From the NCBI GenBank assembly GCA_963806225.1, contig CAWDXG010000004.1, forward strand, positions 5,248,001 to 5,312,000: 64,000 nucleotides of DNA. The letters run 5' to 3'. A program made the translations under genes and the position numbers. The stretch's first letter is position 1. Every line of letters begins with the position of its first letter. Shown here one piece after another: positions 61,662 through 64,000 of this stretch. The stretch is from an uncultured delta proteobacterium. GTDB taxonomy: Bacteria; Myxococcota_A; Polyangia; Polyangiales; Polyangiaceae. A model generated the notes under the pieces. The model worked only from the letters and a program-made list of their open reading frames with translations. It ran no database searches and was not told where the DNA came from.

Positions 61662-63272
61662 ATGACCGCGAACAGCCCGTCCACTTCCGTGCCCGCCTCG
61701 CTGGATGTTGCCATTCTGGGTGGCGGCTTCGCTGGCAACCTGGTCGCCCGGCAGCTCACGCGAGCGCGCCCGGGGCTCGACATCGGAGTGTTCGAGCGAG
61801 CGGCCGAGCGCTTGGGCAAGGTCGGGGAGTCGGTCGTCGAGCTCGGCTCCCACTACCTGATCAAGCGTCTCGGTCTTTCGGGCTACCTGTACCAGCATCA
61901 TCTGCCGAAGAACGGGCTGCGCTTCTTCTTCGACACGCCAGAGAAGGACGCCGAGCTCGAGGCGATGAGCGAGATCGGATCGACGGCCCTGCCGTACCTC
62001 CCGTCCTTCCAGATCGATCGCGCGCGCATGGAAGCCGACCTGCTCGAGATGAATCGGAGCGCGGGCGTGCAGGTGCTCTGCCCCGCCAAGGTGCACAACC
62101 TCGAGATGTCCACCGGTGACGAGCCTCATCGCTTCGACGTGAAGGTCGGCGAACAGGTCCATACGGTGCGAGCGCGCTGGCTCATCGACGCCAGCGGGCG
62201 GACCAGCCTGGTCGCCCGCGCCAGGGGTCTGCGCGTCGATGCGGAGCATCCGATGGCGGCGGTGTGGGGGCGCTTCCGCGGGGTCGTGGATCTGGACAGC
62301 CTAGGCTCGCCGGCATTCCGCGAGCGCGTGCAGCACACCAGCCGCGTGCTGTCGACGAACCACTTCTGCTACCCCGGCTACTGGATCTGGTTCATCCCGC
62401 TTCGCGAAGGCGTCACCAGCGTGGGAGTGGTGATCGAGCCCGAGGCATTCGACGACGCCTGGAGGAGCGGGGAAGGGTTCCGCCAATTCCTCGACGGCCA
62501 CAAAGCCGTCTCCCGGTTGCTCGAGCACGCCGAGATGATCGATGTGCTGAGCTACGGACCGTTCACCTACGGCACGAAGCGGTTCTTCGACGGCGCCGAG
62601 CGCTTTGGGCTGGTCGGCGAGGCCGCGGTTGCCGCCGACCCGCTCTACAGTCCCGGCACCGACTTCATCGCGATGGAGAACGACTTCATAACGGACCTGA
62701 TCCTGCGCGACTTTGCCGGCGAGGCTCCCGACGCGATCGTAGAGCGCGCCGATCTCTACGACGGCTTCATGCAGTACCGCTTCGACAGCACCATGCGCCT
62801 GTACAGGAAGCTGTACGGCACGCTGGGCAGCTACGATCTGCTCGGCCTCAAGTGGGACTTCGACATCGCGAGCTACTACAACCTCTGGGTCGAGCCCTAC
62901 ATGCTCGATCGCCACCTGGATGCGGATTACCTGAAGGCCCAGCTGCGTCTGCGCAGGATGGTACCGACCGTCATCGAGAGCTTTGCCAAGCTGTTCGGAC
63001 AGGTGGAACGCCATCTGTGCGCGCAGGGCAGCTACTACGAGCACAACCTGGGCGCCTTCAGACGGCCGTTTTCGACGATGGCCGAGCACGAACATCTCGG
63101 CGAGGCGGAGTCCGCGGAGCAGTCCCTCGAGCGCGCCGAGAAGGCCTTTCACGCGGTCCGCATGCGCGCGCTGGAGCTCCTCGGCCGCGCGGATCTCGTC
63201 GCCGGGGCGAAGCAGCTTCCAATGCGCCACTTCATGTTGGGCCGCCCGGTACTGCCGGAGCTCGAAGCGTAG
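61662..63272 (+). CDS. Flavin-dependent halogenase-family protein
   Basis: GGGFAG, KVGES, IDASGR, WIWFIP (WxWxIP), GEAA..DPLYSPG. Confidence 0.8.
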   Translation: MTANSPSTSVPASLDVAILGGGFAGNLVARQLTRARPGLDIGVFERAAERLGKVGESVVELGSHYLIKRLGLSGYLYQHHLPKNGLRFFFDTPEKDAELEAMSEIGSTALPYLPSFQIDRARMEADLLEMNRSAGVQVLCPAKVHNLEMSTGDEPHRFDVKVGEQVHTVRARWLIDASGRTSLVARARGLRVDAEHPMAAVWGRFRGVVDLDSLGSPAFRERVQHTSRVLSTNHFCYPGYWIWFIPLREGVTSVGVVIEPEAFDDAWRSGEGFRQFLDGHKAVSRLLEHAEMIDVLSYGPFTYGTKRFFDGAERFGLVGEAAVAADPLYSPGTDFIAMENDFITDLILRDFAGEAPDAIVERADLYDGFMQYRFDSTMRLYRKLYGTLGSYDLLGLKWDFDIASYYNLWVEPYMLDRHLDADYLKAQLRLRRMVPTVIESFAKLFGQVERHLCAQGSYYEHNLGAFRRPFSTMAEHEHLGEAESAEQSLERAEKAFHAVRMRALELLGRADLVAGAKQLPMRHFMLGRPVLPELEA

Positions 63273-63341
63273 GCGTCTCGCGGCGCGTTCTTCGCCGGTC
63301 TCGAGCTCGTGCTGCTACGAGTCCAGGCCCGGCACGTCGTC

Positions 63342-64000
63342 TCAAGCAGGCGGCTCGGCGCAACGGTACGGCGCCGGACACGCGGTGCGACGTGCGTCGA
63401 TGCGCTTCCAGCTGGTGCGTCCGGTGATCTGCATCATCACGAACAGCGTGACGATGGCGCCGACGGTGATGGCGAGACCGGTGAAGCCCGTCCAGAAGAA
63501 CGAGAACGAGAACAGCACCAGGTAGATGAGCTGCGACAGGCCGAGCTCGCGCAGAGCGAAGCGCCAGCCCGTGAACAGCCGGGCGTAGCTGACCGAGAGC
63601 CCCACGCTCACGAGCGAGGCGATCGCGAAGGACGGCGCCAGCGCCACGTGATCGACCAGATAGGCGAACAAGAGGTGGAAAGCGAAGAACGAGCAGCCCA
63701 GGAAGAAGAAGCTCAGCGGATGGATCTCCTGCTCTGTCGCCACGCCAAGGATCGCTACCACGAAGAAGAACAGGAGCCCCACCGGCGCGAAGAACGCGAT
63801 GCGCGCGGCGACCGGTCCGGGGTCCACGCGTTTGGGCAGATCGACGCCGATGGGAGCGCTCGCGACCAGTGTCTTGAAGTCCCACTCGCCGTGCCAGTGC
63901 CCGTCGGCCGCGTGGTGTCGCGAGGGCGAGATGCTTGCTCCGTCCACGCCGGCTGCATGTTCCCGTCGCAGCGAGGAGCGGCTCCCGCTCCGCCCGGGAC
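63342..64000 (-). CDS. creD: CreD-like inner membrane protein, C-terminal part (probably extends past the window edge; frame uncertain above about 63920)
   Basis: IHPLSFFFLG.SFFAFHLL.AYL.DH...LFVMMQITGRTSW resembles the CreD C-terminus. Confidence 0.6.
   Translation of the reverse strand, partial: PGRSGSRSSLRREHAAGVDGASISPSRHHAADGHWHGEWDFKTLVASAPIGVDLPKRVDPGPVAARIAFFAPVGLLFFFVVAILGVATEQEIHPLSFFFLGCSFFAFHLLFAYLVDHVALAPSFAIASLVSVGLSVSYARLFTGWRFALRELGLSQLIYLVLFSFSFFWTGFTGLAITVGAIVTLFVMMQITGRTSWKRIDARRTACPAPYRCAEPPA

Overview
High-GC DNA that reads as Myxococcota (probably Polyangiaceae/Sorangium-like). The evidence is many Gly/Ser/Thr-linker, Cys-rich lipoproteins, Ser/Thr kinase plus TPR/PEGA pairs, and DUF1566, FGE-sulfatase, vWA and PilZ proteins. 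About 55 genes can be supported; I saw no rRNA, tRNA, CRISPR or transposase. Several conserved genes are broken by 1-2 bp indels, most likely assembly errors. The standout is a stand-alone, probably lipidated protein (31373-31957, minus) that aligns without gaps to the animal Hedgehog N-terminal signalling domain and keeps the Zn ligands and most Ca ligands. Other highlights: (1) a DUF2271/DUF4266/DUF3570 operon extended with two c-type cytochrome lipoproteins, a candidate flavin/heme envelope electron conduit; (2) a DTW tRNA-modification enzyme fused to an apparently inactive DEDDh exonuclease fold; (3) an in-frame TGA inside the C-terminal motif of a kinase-FGE fusion; (4) several nested palindromic DNA sites. 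All family calls come from motif recognition by eye; no searches were run.
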